In this document: positions 57,996 to 59,163 of the stretch, piece after piece
Layout: every line of letters starts with the position of its first letter
How positions within the stretch are numbered: position 1 is the stretch's first letter
Notes under the pieces: generated by a model
What the model was told of the DNA's origin: nothing
Databases searched by the model: none
The model's input: the letters and a program-made list of their open reading frames with translations, nothing else
Made by a program: the position numbers and the translations under genes
Origin: a virus
Taxonomy: Duplodnaviria > Caudoviricetes
DNA length: 59,163 nucleotides
IMG/VR virus record: IMGVR_UViG_3300025030_000113
Location: 1-59,163 of that record
Strand: one strand, 5' to 3'

Positions 57996-58160
57996 ATGGG
58001 CAAACTGAAGGAAAAGCCGCGCTACTACGTTGTCTCAATGAGAATACATGACGACGAAAAAAAGCAGCTGGAGGCGATGCAGGGAGAAGGGAAGAATAGG
58101 AAGACGGCAGGCGACGTGATGCGGGCCAGTCTTTTTGGCGACCGTAAGGTGTCGGCATGA
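57996..58160 (+). CDS. HgtR-like ribbon-helix-helix regulator
   Basis: MGKLKEKPRYYVVSMRIHDDEK..L...DVMR matches my recollection of Geobacter HgtR (MG..RENPRYNVISMR.SDEE...DIMR). Confidence 0.7.
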   Translation: MGKLKEKPRYYVVSMRIHDDEKKQLEAMQGEGKNRKTAGDVMRASLFGDRKVSA

Positions 58161-58840
58161 GCGGGCGCGTGATTACCCTGGACCAGTGCTGCACCTGGAG
58201 CAACTTTGAGCAGGGCACTCCGGAATGGTTGCAGTCACGATCTGGCCTGTTGACGGCATCCAACATGGCAGCAGCCATGGTCGGGCCAAAAGGCGGGGAG
58301 TCGGCAGAGCGCAAGAACCTCAAGCTGCAGATCCTGGCCGAACGGTTCACCGGGAAGCCTGCCGAGTTCTACGCCAACGCGGCGATGCGCTGGGGCACCG
58401 AGAACGAGCCGCTTGCGCGGCAGACCTACATGGAGTTCACCGGCAACCATGTCGAGCAGGTGGGCCTAGCGATCAGCACGCAGATTGAGTTTTTCGGCGC
58501 ATCGGTCGACGGCTTGGTGGAAGATCACAAGCCGTGCCGTCTTGGGCCGGGCACGATTGAAATTAAATGCCCGACCTCGCAGACGTTCTTTAAGTGGGTC
58601 ATCGAGGGCGTCGTTCCGGAGCAGCACAAGCCGCAGATGCTGGCGCAGCTGGCGGTTACCGGGCGGAAGTGGTGCGACTTCGTAGCTTTCGACCCGCGCT
58701 TTCCGGCCGAGCAAGATTTATTCATTCGCAGGTTCACGCCGCACCCGGCAGAGATCGAGGAAACAAAGAAGCAGGCTCGGCAGTTCTTGCAGGAAGTCGC
58801 AGCAATGGAGCGCATGTTCATCAACGCGAAGATGGTTTAA
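58157..58840 (+). CDS. YqaJ/lambda-exonuclease family protein
   Basis: QGTPEWL..R.G.LTAS, AM.WG.ENE..AR, GASVDGLV, IEIKCP, Q...QL.VTGR.WCDF. Confidence 0.95.
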   Translation: MSGRVITLDQCCTWSNFEQGTPEWLQSRSGLLTASNMAAAMVGPKGGESAERKNLKLQILAERFTGKPAEFYANAAMRWGTENEPLARQTYMEFTGNHVEQVGLAISTQIEFFGASVDGLVEDHKPCRLGPGTIEIKCPTSQTFFKWVIEGVVPEQHKPQMLAQLAVTGRKWCDFVAFDPRFPAEQDLFIRRFTPHPAEIEETKKQARQFLQEVAAMERMFINAKMV

Positions 58841-58860
58841 CAAACTCAGGAGGGAACAAA

Positions 58861-59163
58861 ATGAAAATCACGACGAAACTGTTGCAACAAAAGAAGGCAT
58901 GCGGTGATGGGCTGCGGTGGTTCAACAAGCATTTTCCTGAAGGTGGCGACATCAATTCAGTGCTGGTAATGGTCCTCACTGACGATGATGCCAGTAAAAG
59001 CTGGGTTAGCTGGCTGATGACAGCCACTAAGTGGACCGATCTTTCATTTCTTAAAGGATTGGCTCTGACAGATCTCTACCTCAGTGGCACCCAGATCACG
59101 GCGCTTCCCGAGGGGCTGTCGGTCGGCGGGTATCTCGACCTCAGCGGCACCCAGATCACGGCG
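58861..59163 (+). CDS. leucine-rich-repeat protein, 5' part (runs off the window end)
   Basis: RBS AGGAGG; MKITTKLLQQKKACGDGLRWF...LYLSGTQITALPEGLSVGGYLDLSGTQITA. Confidence 0.85.
   Translation, partial: MKITTKLLQQKKACGDGLRWFNKHFPEGGDINSVLVMVLTDDDASKSWVSWLMTATKWTDLSFLKGLALTDLYLSGTQITALPEGLSVGGYLDLSGTQITA

Noticed and set aside
58861-59163. Diversity-generating retroelement or terminal direct repeat suggested by matching window ends
   Set aside because: No reverse transcriptase, differences are not adenine-specific, and the match is explained by a tandem coding repeat
1-59163. CRISPR array, rRNA, insertion sequence, tape-measure or tail-sheath genes
   Set aside because: No repeat-spacer array, rRNA-like tract, transposase motif or long-tail gene recognised

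Overview
The window looks like a near-complete, probably circular ~59 kb tailed-phage genome with a podovirus-like layout. It has a PBSX-type terminase, portal, scaffold, N4-gp56-type capsid, tubular tail proteins, internal/ejection proteins and no tape measure. Both ends fall inside one gene made of 60-bp leucine-rich repeats. The host is inferred to be Geobacteraceae/Desulfuromonadales, mainly from an HgtR-like regulator; there is also an attP matching the 3' half of a tRNA-Leu(CAA). Modules: recombination/nucleotide genes (58157-6219 across the junction, +), small early genes (6290-9635, -), a probable origin (9720-10095), morphogenesis and lysis (10174-49501, +), attP with a truncated integrase (49513-50083) and replication (50202-57847, -). 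Four things stand out. (1) Both tail-fibre/tailspike proteins and two other late-operon proteins carry classical Sec signal peptides; the two fibres each follow a short signal-less anchor/adaptor gene, suggesting receptor-binding parts are exported and joined to the virion outside the cytoplasm. (2) The 4813-aa DarB-like polyvalent gene hides an internal promoter and two out-of-frame nested genes with strong RBSs, one inside the zeta-toxin-like domain (candidate built-in antitoxin). (3) A C5 DNA methyltransferase is encoded in two fully overlapping frames, both broken by one G11 tract that G10 would repair. (4) The attP is intact but the integrase is mostly deleted. All family assignments come from motif recognition by eye; no searches were run.
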